Shown in pieces: positions 1 through 12,436 of a stretch of DNA of 64,000 nucleotides (position 1 is the first letter of the stretch; every line of letters starts with the position of its first letter). The notes beneath the pieces are model-generated. The model was given only the letters and a program-made list of their open reading frames with translations. It made no database searches and was not told the DNA's origin. Origin of the DNA: Octopus vulgaris (Eukaryota). The stretch is taken from the NCBI GenBank assembly GCA_951406725.2, contig OX597820.1, positions 93,868,001-93,932,000 of the forward strand, in the 5' to 3' direction. A program made the position numbers and the translations under genes.

Positions 1-300
1 CAGTTTCGGCAGTTTTTCAGTTGCTTTTGTTTTTCTCGAAAATCTTTCATGATCATATTGAACAGCGAAAGCTTTGCATACAATACATATTGCTGATACA
101 ACTACTAATCAACTAATTGATTTATATTTGCTGAGAGCAACAACATATTTAGAAAACACAGCATTGTTAAATGCAGTCAGCAAAGTAATGAATTGAATGT
201 AGTGCGGGCATAAAATACGTATGTATGTATGCACGCATGTATATGGATGGATGTCTCACACTATATAAATATATATATATACATAAATATATATACATAC

Positions 301-359
<59 letters not shown>

Positions 360-659
360 AATAGATAGATAGATAGATAAATAAACATGCATATATATAT
401 GTTTGTATACAAGAGACACACACATACACACAGATTTATATTTATATACAACAGACACACACATACACACTTACACATTTCTGCATTTTGAATATGTGAC
501 CAAGGTTTGCAAAGGCAAAGAGAAGTTCTCAATACTTAAATGTTCAAAGAGAAGAACACTTTATATTCTTTTATAATTTACTTGTTAATAAATCCGATTC
601 CATATCAGTCCTCCGATTCACAACTTGCTCATACAACTGCTTCAGATATGAGGACCAAA

Positions 660-832
660 CCAAAATGTTACGTGCTGTTGGCAATTTCTTTTCCTTTCTT
701 CTGTACGACGAAGAGCTATACTCGAAACGTCAAAATGTCTTTCGTTTTACTGAGCGTCAAAATAATACATTCCTTGTGCTCGTTCTATTGTATGTTATTG
801 TTAATTGTATTGTTCGTATATTTGAATTGATA
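660..832 (+). mobile_element. PLE-terminus-like repeat (family F) with degenerate hammerhead-like core
   Basis: CGACGAAGAG-CTATA-CTCGAAACGTC...TGAGCGTCAAAATAATAC, homologous to 7465-7680 and 58755-58918; ends in a TG microsatellite. Confidence 0.55.
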
Positions 833-851
833 TGTGTGTGTGTGTGGTTTT

Positions 852-1070
852 AATGAAGTTGAAAGCTTCACAAACTGTTTCTCAGACATTCATATCACAC
901 ATCCAATCATCAATGTCATGAGAAATTTAGCTAAATGCTCACGACTCTCTGTTGATCGGTTGCACGTACATCTGTGTGACAGTCTGTGAAGCTTTTTAAC
1001 TTCAATGAAATATTATTTTACTCTGCCTTTGGTATTTGAATACTATTTTTTACATCTACCTTGCTTTGAT
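852..1070 (+). mobile_element. fold-back element with PLE-like tail (family E)
   Basis: Imperfect ~35-bp inverted arms (TGAAGTTGAAAGCTTCACAAACTGT / ACAGTCTGTGAAGCTTTTTAACTTCA), then tail TTACTCTGCCTTTGGTATTTGAATACT shared with 35063-35125 and 25826-25890. Confidence 0.55.
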
Positions 1071-1119
1071 ACACACACACACACACATACATACATACAT
1101 ACATACATACATACATACA

Positions 1120-1150
<31 letters not shown>

Positions 1151-1247
1151 TCTGTCAGTTTTCCTAATTGGAGTAAAACTCTTAAAAGAAAACGATTGTA
1201 CAAAAAAATGCTCAATGGTTTCGAACCGTGTAGCAGATCTTATTTAA

Positions 1248-1353
1248 GGCTGAATTTTTGTGGGTTTCTGTTAGAAGTTACACGTATCCAATACTAAAAA
1301 AACCCAAGATCGAAAACGTGAAATTCCAGAGATAACTTACAAATAATTCAACC
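1248..1353. mobile_element. degenerate fold-back element, probably PLE-derived
   Basis: GGCTGAATTTTTGTGGGTTTCTGTTAGAAGTTACACGT pairs imperfectly with ACGTGAAATTCCAGAGATAACTTACAAATAATTCAACC. Confidence 0.4.
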
Positions 1354-1362
1354 ATTGGTAAT

Positions 1363-1470
1363 ATATAACGTTGAAAGCACCGGTTCTCGTCCGATCACCG
1401 AACTTAAGCAACGTCGAGGCTAATGAGTACTTAGATGGGTGACCCCTTGAGAAACCTAGGTGTTTTAAGC
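1363..1470 (+). pseudogene. 5S rRNA: 5S rRNA pseudogene (5' end lost or diverged)
   Basis: ACGTTGAAAGCACCGGTTCTCGTCCGATCACCGAACTTAAGCAACGTCGAG...AGTACTTAGATGGGTGACC...GGTGTTTTAAGC matches metazoan 5S; first ~10 nt do not match, several substitutions, solitary copy. Confidence 0.9.
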
Positions 1471-1486
1471 GTCTCAGACTTTCACA

Positions 1487-1870
1487 GGCGCTAGAGTGGC
1501 TGTGTAGTAAGTAGCTTGATTACCAACTACATGGTTCCGGGTTCAGTCCCACTGCATGGCTCCTTGGGCAAGTATCTTCTACTATAGCCTCGGGCTGACG
1601 AAAGCCTTGTGAGTGGATTTGGTAGGCGGAAACTGAAAGAAGCCCGTCGTATATGTGTGTGTTTGTGTGTGTCTATGTTTGTCTCCCCAACATCATTGAC
1701 AACCGATGCTGGTATGTTTATATCACCGTAACTTAGCGGTTCGGCAAAAGAGACCGATAGAATAAGTACTAGGCTTACAAAGAATAAGTCCTGGGGTCGA
1801 TTTGCTCGACTAAAAGCGGTGTTACAGCGTGGCCGCAGTCAAATGACTGAACCAAGTAAAAGAATAAAAG
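1487..1870 (+). mobile_element. tRNA-derived SINE, family A, full length
   Basis: A-box-like GTGGCTGTGTAGT, B-box-like GGTTCAGTCC, internal TG microsatellite, tail GGCCGCAGTCAAATGACTGAA-AAGTAAAAGA; more than 10 copies in the window. Confidence 0.9.
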
Positions 1871-2409
1871 GGTAGCGAGTTATTTTGAGTAACGACGGAG
1901 TGAATCAGTGGTTAGGATCGAATATACTCAGTCTTATATATATCGAATAATTTTTCAACAATTTTTAAATTCAGACATTAGGTGTATGGACACCTCATGA
2001 CGAGAGATGTGTTGGCTCATGACGAGAGATGTGTTGGCGCGTGAGCATGCGTATAGATGTGAACAGGTATTATCTATGCTGTCGAGAAATTTAACATATT
2101 GAAGTATGTAATATTTTCTTCAGTTGTTTCGAATATTCTTTAGCCTTCATTTACGTATTTACTATTATTATTGTTGTAGTTGTTGTTGTTGTTACACGTG
2201 GCGGTGGGGGTATAATTCAGTAGCTTGTTAAAATACTGCCATTTTCCCAATTTGCATAATTCAAACGCTTATAACAGCAAGAAGTTAGAACGTAACAATT
2301 ACCAAAACGTTGAGGTGTGAAGGAATGTAACTAACAGTTATATTAGAGGAAATCTGATGAAATTGGGCGGAGATTAAACTATTTCCGAAACCAATTTAAC
2401 TATTGGAGA

Positions 2410-2450
<41 letters not shown>

Positions 2451-2590
2451 CATTATTGTTGTTGTTGTTGTTGTTTCTGTAGTTGTTTCTCTTGTTGCTA
2501 ACATCATCATTCTCATCCTCATTATATGAAATGATTAGCCAAGCTTTTATTTTATGTTACTAAATAGATTTGTGTGTGTGTGCGTGCGTG

Positions 2591-2629
<39 letters not shown>

Positions 2630-2817
2630 GGGGGAGGGAGAGATGGAGGGAAAACAATAAATGAAATCTTCCTGAAAATATTTAATTTTGTTTGAGTTAA
2701 TAATAACGACCAAAATAAAATCAAAAGACTGACGTCAGCATTGGTGGGAGGTACGGTCAACATACACATATCTACTCATGTAAAGAGAGGAAGATAAAGA
2801 TAGATAGGTAGATAAAT

Positions 2818-2855
<38 letters not shown>

Positions 2856-3069
2856 TGAACGAGAGACATAAGTAGATACACACTCACACGCAACCATTTT
2901 GCATTATTTGATGCAATTTTAATCAACGATTTGGTTAGTCACACGAATTAATCGTGGACCAGTATACCTGTGATTAAGGGCTTTGAAACATTGATTAATT
3001 CTTTTTTTTTTTTTGCATTCGATATCGAGGACTACAAGGAATTCTTGCAGATTATCTCTTACTTGTCAT

Positions 3070-3660
3070 ATTGTCACTGGATACATGTTACTGATGACGC
3101 TCAAATAAACAGAAAACCGAGTTCAGCGACGCTAAAGCCATTGCTGGGCGATTTTCACCTGTTTCTGATATACTTCTGTTTTACTTTTCTTGACACTATG
3201 TGTCTATAAAAGATTCTTTCACGAGTCAAATACCGCAGTTTAGAAGGTTCGCAGTAGTATATACACTTTAAATATGATACACAGAATCCTAATTTGAACT
3301 AATACTATTTCAGTCGCCAATAACGAATTTTAATTCAGTCTATCAGCTAAATGCGACATCAGTGATCTTTCAGTCACTATTCAACTAAATCATCTACTGG
3401 CTGATTTTTGCTTAGCATGCAGTGCCAGTGGATAGCTACTACTGACGAAGCTGAGAAAGTAGAAAACCAGATTTGTCAATGGCACCACCTCTGTTGGACA
3501 ATTTTTGTCTGCTGCTGATGCATATGCTTTTTTCATTTTGCTTTTAATATTATACGTCTATAAGAGATGCTTTCTCGAGTCGAATACCGCAGTTTTGAAG
3601 GCTTTCAGCATTATTTATGCCTGAAGCACAGTACACAGATTGCTACTTAGATAGTACTTT
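3070..3660 (+). repeat. diverged ~350-bp tandem repeat (about 1.7 units) with CTGAYGA...GAAA cores
   Basis: CTGATGA at 3091 and CTGACGA at 3442; GTCTAT...CGAGTC.AATACCGCAGTTT at 3202 and 3557; third dispersed copy at ~15230-15450. Confidence 0.7.
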
Positions 3661-3970
3661 AGGGTGCGGGCAAGCAGTATGGTTAAGAACTTTGCTTAAA
3701 GTTGCTTCTTTGAGCTAATGATTTATAACATTATCTTGGACTGAAACGAGGTAAGCAACGAAGTTTGGGTACCGCAAGGCACGTGACTGCGATTGCATGC
3801 TTATATTTATAAGCCATCAGGCACAACGAGAGTAGGATGTACGCCACCCTTCTTTCGAGGGAACAGTAATGCAAACACATATAATGACAGGAAAGCAAAG
3901 AGATGTACGCATATACTCGTATGATATAAATGCGCAAAGATTGACTATGAAAAGTTATTTCGAAACTATA

Positions 3971-4021
<51 letters not shown>

Positions 4022-5121
4022 GTTCGCTCGCACATATACACATGTGCATATAAAATAGCTTGATAGATTGTAGTCCTTGAAAGTGAAACTACAACAATGC
4101 AAATCCTACTATAAATACAGTTACCAGAGCCACTACTGCCTCTACTATAACCAGATAATACAACTACCACCACAACTACTACTACTGCTATGACCAGGCA
4201 TACGATTATTCTCACCAATACAAACTACCACCACTATCACAATCACCAACATAAAGAAATAAGAAGACTGCCACCAGTACAGCTATTAATAACATCACAT
4301 CAACACGAAGATACGTAATGCTGGTGGCGTTGGATGTGAAGCATTTCTAAATGCTGTTATGTCGGCCATTACAAAAAATAATACTTCATAGAAATCCATA
4401 CACCAAAAAGACTTAAAATTCAGAATTAACAATGATGTTAAATGTATTACATGAATTAACAATATACACGCCGGAAAATACGTATCAGCATTGTTTATAA
4501 TGCATTCATTTGTCCGGGGTTTAGCATTTTATAGTGGGAGAGAGGGATAAGGATAAGATATTTTTCTAGGTAACGCACATAGTTTGAATAATTGATCATT
4601 GAGCAACGTTGTCACAACAGTCTGTCTCTACATCAATCCATACATGACTAGCTTTGTTTTGCTTGAATGAGAATCGATCTAGATACGTTTTTTTGATTCT
4701 TTGCTATGCACATTGTCTGTTTGTCAGTCTGTCTATCTATCAGTGTGCCTGTCTGTCTGTCTTTCGCTGTCTATGTGTCTATTTCTTCTTCTGTCTATTT
4801 ACCAGTCTGTCTCTTTGTTCAGTTGCTTGTCTGTAAATTGTCTATATTTCTGTTTTATGATATTTGATTTTACATTGCATTTTGCGAACAATTACGTCGT
4901 TAGTTATAGGTTTCTAATGGGCCAATTATTGTTTTATTTCATTTACGATGGTCAGAATAATAACGGAATGCCTATGTAACTCGGAAAAACACTATTTTAT
5001 CGGTTTCCTCGATGTTGCTCAGAATTTTCACCGATCCACAAGAAAAATACACACACACACGCACACACGAATGCAAATACACGCAATAAAGGAATTTGAG
5101 TGTGTGAGACAGACAGAAAGA

Positions 5122-5418
<297 letters not shown>

Positions 5419-6029
5419 TGAGAAAGAGAGAGAAGTTAGAAAATAAAGGAGAGAGAAAAGGCATTAATGGCATAGAGAGAAAAAAGCGAGAAGAAAATGA
5501 GAGATAGAAAGCAGGTAGAGAGGAAATGTACAGAGAAAGGAGAAAAAGAGAAAGACAAAGAGAGACATAAAGAGAGTGAAAGGGTGAGTGAGAGAGAGAA
5601 AGAGAGAGAAAGGTGGAAGGGAGAAAAAGAGCGAAAGAGTTAAAATGCAGAGTATAATAAAATGTGCAGGAAGGGGAAATTTTAGTGAGAAGGGCAGCAT
5701 CTTTGACCCTTTTCCAGTTCTTGAAAGACTAAAGGGAGAAAGCGGGAAAAGAAAGAAGGCAAGAAAGGACGGGAGGAAGGAAGAAAGGGAAGTAGGGAGG
5801 GAGGAAACGAGGAAGTTATCCATGGACTTGAGACTACATAAGATCAATGAAGAGAGACTCTGACCCACGCCATTGATTCCAACGAAACAATTTGTCCTAT
5901 GAACATGAACAAAGATTAACTCAGTATAACAAACACGGAAATAATAATAACAAATACCGAACCAATAAAAAGAACAATAACAAACAGCCACATCACTAAC
6001 ACAACAACGGCAATAAAAATAGCAAGCCA

Positions 6030-6430
6030 AAGCGGTGAGCTGGCAGAAATGTTAGCACGCCGGGCGAAATCTTTAGCGGTATTTCGTCTGTCTTTACGTT
6101 CTGAGTTCCTATTCCGCTGAGGACGATTTCGCCTTTCATCCTTTCGAGGTCGATAAATTAAGTACCAGTTACGCACTGGGGTAGATGTAATCGACTTAAT
6201 ACCTATATCTGTCCCTGTTTGCCCCCTCTGTGTTTAGCCCCTTGTGGGTAATAAAGAAATAGGTATTTCGTCTGTCTTTACGTTCTGAGTTCCTGTTCCG
6301 CTGAGGTCGACTTCGCCTTCCATCCTTTCGGGGTCTATAAATTAAGCACCATTTGCGTACTGGGATCGATCTAATCGACAGGACCCCACCCCAAAAATTT
6401 CGGGCCTTGTGCCTAGGGTAGAAAAGAATA
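6030..6430 (+). mobile_element. tRNA-derived SINE family B, dimeric (two different 3' tails)
   Basis: GCGGTGAGCTGGCAGAAA head; central GCCTTTCATCCTTTCGAGGTCGATAAATTAAGTACC (Meta/MESC-like domain); tail 1 ends AATAAAGAAATA at ~6261, then a second body ending GGCCTTGTGCCTAGGGTAGAAAAG. Confidence 0.88.
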
Positions 6431-6490
6431 ACGATAGCAAGCCAATGACTGGTAGATCCTTTAGTTGGTTACTAAATCTACAAAATTATT

Positions 6491-6706
6491 AAGCTGGCAG
6501 AATCGTTAGCACGCCGGTCGAAATGTTTAGCGGCATTTCGTCCGTCTTTACGTTCTTAGTTCAAATTCCGCCGAGGTCGATTTTGACTTTCATCCTTTTG
6601 GGTCGATAAGTTAAGTACCAGGTGCATACTGGAGTCGATCTAAAAGACTGGCCCCTTCCCCCAAAATTTCAGGCCAAAATTGCGCCTATAATAAAAAGGA
6701 TTATTA
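6491..6706 (+). mobile_element. SINE family B
   Basis: AGCTGGCAGAATCGTTAGCACGCCGG...CATCCTTTTGGGTCGATAAG...AAAAGGATTATT. Confidence 0.88.
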
Positions 6707-7159
6707 CTAAAACTGATGCAGCAACAAGAAATAGCAGCAAAATACCCCTCAACTCACACGCTAATGCCTTTAAAATATATGAAGGACACTTAGTTTTATA
6801 TACCCTTAGATACATTGTCTAAAAAAATATCTATTACAAAAGAGATGGTCATGTTTGGGGCACTTTTCATGAAGAGCCTACCTGATCGGAACTGCTTTAG
6901 AGTTAAACATTAACAACAACATAGGTATTCACAGTAACTCAAACATTATCGCAGTCATGTAACGCCGCCATTCTTCATACAAATTGTAATGTGTATTTAT
7001 ACAACCAAATAAACATGGCGAACGCTCTTCCACCAACAACCGCCTATTATTCGTCCTTCACTATCACTACCGGTACGATTTGTGACATACACCCACAACT
7101 ACCACCACCAACAAAACTACTTCTATAACAAACGATAAATCCTCTAGGTGGATGCTACA

Positions 7160-7353
7160 GCTGCTAGGATTAGCAGCCAAAACTTCTCAAATTACACCTT
7201 AGCCTATCAGAAAATGACACAAAATGACAAATTAGACAATGTAGTATTTGGGATCATTGCACATAGATGGGGTGGAAGAGTTAGTAATGGATAAGGTATC
7301 TTTGATTTCAGGCCTTCTGGATTAGTCTGAACCTGGGGCTAAACAATAACAAC
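7160..7353 (+). mobile_element. old dispersed SINE-like repeat (family G) with (AAC)n tail
   Basis: CTGCTAGGATTAGCAGCCAAA...TTTGAT...ACCTGGGGCTAAACAATAAC; related copies near 6715-6921, 13134-13315, 22460-22650, 30490-30685, 55545-55730. Confidence 0.6.
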
Positions 7354-7464
7354 AAAAATCTCTATAAAATTTATATATCATTCTTTCTTTATTACCGCCA
7401 TCAAATCAATTACGTTTAAGTGATTTTAAATGAATATTTAAGGCATCTAAGGGACGTTCCGATC

Positions 7465-7673
7465 TTTCAAAATGTGACCTCGTGTGTACCGTTGGCGATT
7501 TTTTTTCCTCTGTCTTCCCTTCTCGGGATCTTTCCTTCTCCTATGTTTCCGACGAAGAGCTCCGCTCGAAACGTTGAACCCTCCTTCTTCGCTTCTTTCC
7601 TGAGCGTCCAATAATACTTTATTTGTTCCACGTTCTCGCGTTGTTGTGTATTTTTGTGTTTTCTTGTTTGGAT

Positions 7674-7680
<7 letters not shown>
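7465..7680 (+). mobile_element. PLE-terminus-like repeat (family F) with minimal hammerhead-like motif
   Basis: GTTT-CCGACGA-AGAGC-TCC-GCTC-GAAACGTT-GAAC; 3' end runs directly into (TA)n. Confidence 0.6.
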
Positions 7681-7717
<37 letters not shown>

Positions 7718-8121
7718 GTGTGTGTGTGTAAAATCCCTCGGGATTGGTTGGAATATTTGGCCAAACGAAGCAGTGGGGTAAATAAATCTAAAACTAATGG
7801 TATTGATAGTGATTACATTGTGGCTCTTTAAGGCTGCAGTTATGGTAGAAGTGGTGATGGCGCCGGCGGTGATGGTGATAGTTGCGCTCGTGGTTGTAGA
7901 AGTAGTGTTGAAGTTAATGGTGGTTGAGATGGGCTTTTTTTTTCAGTGTAGGTGTTAATATCGGTAACAGATACATGATATGTGTGTGTATGTGTGGCGA
8001 TAGTTGAGAAAGAGGAGAATAAAGAGAGAGACGGGTATGATGGAGGTAAACAAAAAAAAAAAATCTATGAAAAAAGATGCAAATCCAAAAAATTTAAGAA
8101 AATTAAAAATCAAACGCAAGA

Positions 8122-8156
<35 letters not shown>

Positions 8157-8164
8157 TAATAATA

Positions 8165-8216
<52 letters not shown>

Positions 8217-8239
8217 TAATAATAATAATAATAATAATG

Positions 8240-8271
<32 letters not shown>

Positions 8272-8894
8272 TATTATTATTATTATTGTTATTTTTATGG
8301 TGGTGGTGATAGTGGTGGTAGTGATGATTTCTGCAAAAAGGTCATGCTTTCAATAATAAATCTCTGTTCCCTTCTCTCCAACCTTTGCATACCCCCACAA
8401 CCCATCTACTTTACTATTTTCCTACCGTGTTCTTCCTACCCTAACCTTCCTCCCTTTTTTTCCTTCCTTCCTTCTTTCCTTCCTTCCTTCCTTCCTTCGC
8501 CACCTTCACAGTAACATCCCAACCTTTAATCTACAAATAAAAATAAAAGAACGACAAAATATCGAATAAAGCGTACGTTCTACTTGATCGTTCCGTACGT
8601 AATCGGTTGAACTTAAATAATCCTAATACCGGTAGCGGAGGAATGTGTTCGCTATTGACTCAGTATTCAATGGTTCCTTTTCTGTATTTTATTAAACAAC
8701 GTCAAATAAAGAGCAACAACAACAACAGCAACAACAACAACAACAGCAACACCATCAACAGCAGTCTTGCGGTCGAAGGGATGGGAAGGTTGGCACAACG
8801 ATTTCAAACAATAAAGATTACTTCTGCATCGATTTTAGCAGTTAGTTTTTCTTCTTCTTCTTCAATAATAATGATAATAATGATTTAAAATTTT

Positions 8895-9095
8895 TGCCCA
8901 CAAGGGTAGCTTGGGGGTTGGGAATTAAGTCGATCACATCGACCCCAGTGCGTAACTGATACTTATTTAATCAACCCCGAAAGGATGAATGGCAAAGTCG
9001 ACCTCGGCGGAAATTTGAACTCAGAACGTAACGGCTGACGAAATACCGCTAAGCATTTCGCCCGCCGTGCTTAACGATTCTGCCAGCTCGCTGAC

Positions 9096-9097
<2 letters not shown>
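8895..9097 (-). mobile_element. SINE family B
   Basis: Reverse complement of family B (CCCCGAAAGGATGAATGGCAAAGTCGACCTCGGCGG...TCTGCCAGCTCG). Confidence 0.88.
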
Positions 9098-9192
<95 letters not shown>

Positions 9193-9193
<1 letters not shown>

Positions 9194-9375
9194 GGTGGCA
9201 AGCTGGCAGAAACGTTAGCACGCCAGGCGAAACGCCTAGCGGTATTTCGTCTACCGCTACGCTCTGAGTTCAAATTCCGCCGCGGTAGACTTTGTCTTGC
9301 ATCCTTTCGGGATATAATCGACTATTTCCCTTCCCCGTATTTCAGGTCTTTTGCCTATAGTAGAAAGGATTATTA
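9193..9375 (+). mobile_element. SINE family B (internal deletion)
   Basis: AGCTGGCAGAAACGTTAGCACGCC...GAGTTCAAATTCC...GCCTATAGTAGAAAGGATTATT. Confidence 0.85.
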
Positions 9376-9420
9376 TTATTATTATTAAATTGAAAGGAAA
9401 ACGATGTAAAATGTATTATC

Positions 9421-9645
9421 ATCTTTTAATTGTTTGAAGCATTAGACTGCGTCCATGCTAGAACACCCTTGAAGAAATTTGGCCGAGCGAATCTATCCCC
9501 AGTACGATTTTTAAACCCTGTACATAGTCTATCGGTCTCTTTACCGAACAGTTAAGTTACGGGACGTAAATATACAATGTCGGTTGTGAAGCGATGGTGG
9601 TGGTGGGGGGGAGGCAAACACAGACAGACACACACACACATGGGA
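9421..9645 (-). mobile_element. SINE family A, 3' half
   Basis: GACTGCGTCCATGCT...CTATCGGTCTCTTTACCGAAC...GTTGTGAAGCGATGG matches reverse complement of family A. Confidence 0.75.
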
Positions 9646-9689
9646 TAAAGCTTCTTACGAAGTCATTTAAATTCGTAAGACCTGTTTCT

Positions 9690-9892
9690 CGTCTTTTGAG
9701 GCGTATATATTTCCCCCAAACCCACCCGGATTGGATGCCGGTCTGTCGGAAGATTACCAATTTTTGCTAGTTGAGTGGACTAGAGCAACATGAAATGAAG
9801 TGTTTTACTCAAGAACTCATCGCAATGCTCGGTCCAGGAATCGAAACCTCAATCTTACGAATCAAACAGGCTAACCATTAAGCCACACACGT
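9690..9892 (-). mobile_element. tRNA-derived SINE family D (CORE-like middle)
   Basis: GTTGAGTGGACTAGAGCAACATGAAATGAAGTGTTTTACTCAAGAAC...GGAATCGAAACC (B box, reverse). Confidence 0.7.
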
Positions 9893-10238
9893 TCACGAAG
9901 TCTAATTTATTTTTTCTTAATTTATATACAGCGCATCCAGGACAACATTATGCAATGAGATAATTTGTTTTTAAAGAAGGTAGTATGTAATTTGGTTGCT
10001 GTTTCTCGCATGCTGACTGGCTACATAGAAATTCGCTTGCTTGTTCACATAAAGAATCATTTGTTGGCGCTTGACTCCTGGTTACTTGGCATTACACGAA
10101 AGAGGGAAAACGGGTTTCACAGAATAGAACGCCAAACCGCTGACTCTAACTTCCATAGTTGATCTGGCGAAAAGCATGATGACAGGTAAGGAAGACAGTC
10201 AGTTACCCACAAATACACCCACACACCCACACACAAAT

Positions 10239-10282
<44 letters not shown>

Positions 10283-11194
10283 ATAGAGACGCTGCGGAAA
10301 AATGGAAAAGTTCTCGAAATGCTAATAGGCCATTAGTTCAAATCATCTGATAATGTTTCTTCATGATTCTGGGCCAAATACTTAATATTTTCTCCATTGC
10401 TACAGGCCTCACACAATTGACTTCGATGTGAACTCTAGTTCTGATCATACGCTGTGTGTGTGAGCGTGTGTGTGTGTGTAACAGAGAGAGATGCCAGCGT
10501 TAGTCTCACTATACATTAAGTATCAGCTACTATCGTTACAGGCCACAAAGAATTTCTGCAGTGTAATGGCAGAGTGGTACAACAACTTCGAAAAGATATA
10601 CTCTATTACATGTATTGAGTGCCTTTTCTTTCGCCTTTTCCACTCAGACATCCCATAACACACATGTGTATATACGTACACACATATATAAACACATACG
10701 TACTCACTCGTCAACGGCCACATACTCAAACACACACACACACATTATTATGGTTTTACTTTATGCGCAAAACATGTGAGAGGCGATTAATTAATAGTTC
10801 GATATGTTGAGATCTTAAGAGATCAATCTTAAGATCAATCAGTAAATTAATAAATTCGCTGGCCGCCATTGAAGTACAACATTTTCTTTAGGTCACACTG
10901 ACATTCCAGTAATGGATTGTCGATTTATCGCCCTTAGTGTTTTTCCTCCCTTCTTATTGCAACTCAACCTATTCCTCATTGTAACACTACCACTTGCTGC
11001 TTTGGTCTCTAGTCCGAACAGAACTTCTGTCTGTCTTCTTTTGTTTCTTTCTTTCTTCCCACCAGTATCGGAAACCCTGAAAAGGGTCATAAGTGGTGCC
11101 CTTATCCTTTTGAGTATGCCACTAAACAAAGAAATAATTGCCCGCCCCCGAGTCCAAATCGCATGCGGTGTTTATTCTTTTATTTATTTTTTTA

Positions 11195-11605
11195 ATTCTT
11201 TTATCAGTTATAGAATTGCAGCCAAATGAGGCACCACCTTAAAGGGCTTTCAGTCGAATAAATTGATCTCAATATTCATTTTTCGTGTTTTTTTCTTTTT
11301 TGTTCTTCTTAAAGTCTGGTATTCATTCTGTTGGTTTCCCCCCCCCCCCGAAGTATTACATTACGGGGACGTAAACAAACCAACAACGGTTGTCAAGCAG
11401 TGGAAGGGGACAAACACACATATACACATACGAACACACACACATATACACATACGAACACACACATATTGCACAAGCTTTCACACAGTTTCCGCCAACA
11501 AAATTCACAAAAATTTGATCAACTCGCGGCGATAGTAGTGCCACGCAGTGGGACAGAACCCAGAACTATGTGGTTGTAAAGCGAGCTTCTTAACCACACA
11601 ACCAT
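11195..11605 (-). mobile_element. SINE family A (diverged)
   Basis: ACGGGGACGTAAACA...GTTGTCAAGC...GTGCCACGCAGTGGGAC...AACCACACAACC. Confidence 0.8.
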
Positions 11606-11650
11606 CAAAGTAACTGACGACGTCGCTTCGATTCTCTTTAGAATAACTTA

Positions 11651-12027
11651 ACGTGGCTGTGTGGTAAGAAGCTTGCTCCCCAACCGTATGGTTCCGTATT
11701 CAGTCCTACTGTGTGACACCTTGGGCAAGTATCTTCTACTATAGCCTCAAGCCGACCAAAGCCTTGTAAGTGGATTCGGTTGACGGAAACTGAAAGCAGC
11801 TTGTCATGTGTGTGTGCTTGTCCCCTCCCACCGCTTGACAACAGGTGCTGGTGTGTTTAAATCCCGGTAACTTAGCCCTTCAGCAAAAGACCCATAGAAT
11901 AAATACCAGGCTTTAAAAAAAAAATAAGTACTGGGGTCGATACATTCGACTGAAAATTCTTCAAGGAGGTGCCCCAGCATGGCCGCAGTCAAATGACTGA
12001 AACAAGTAAAAGATAAAAGATAAAAAA
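11651..12027 (+). mobile_element. SINE family A
   Basis: GTGGCTGTGTGGTAAGAAGC head to CAGTCAAATGACTGAAACAAGTAAAAGATAAAAG tail. Confidence 0.9.
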
Positions 12028-12404
12028 AATATCGTGATAGTTCTTTTAGGAAGAGAACTGGCTTCAATTTTTTGTAGTACTTGTCTCTAATAAGTCAAAT
12101 TACGAATTACTAGAACAGAATATCTGGTTGTTTAGGAAGTGACCGGGGCACCACCAAATATTTTGTCTTCATGAGGCGTTTATCGCGCTATCTTAACCTG
12201 ACGGTTCTCATACTATACGAAATATTGCGTCTCCACAAGAGTATTTGAACTCAATTACGAAGTGAAACACTCTTGAATTACATGTTATTTCCTTTATAGT
12301 TATTTATCCATGGTGCATATTAGGAGCTAGAAGCTAGATCGACGGAGACTACGAACTATTGATTGATTTATTGACTGACACCCGATCAAATCTATTAGTT
12401 TCAG

Positions 12405-12436
<32 letters not shown>

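Noticed and set aside
1994-2037. 22-bp x2 direct repeat; similar short duplications at ~36100
   Set aside because: Ordinary slippage duplications with no spacers; not CRISPR-like
10893-11229. Overlapping ORFs on both strands and a plus-strand acceptor-like site (TTCTTCCCACCAG)
   Set aside because: No recognisable protein and no good matching donor; cannot be supported as an exon
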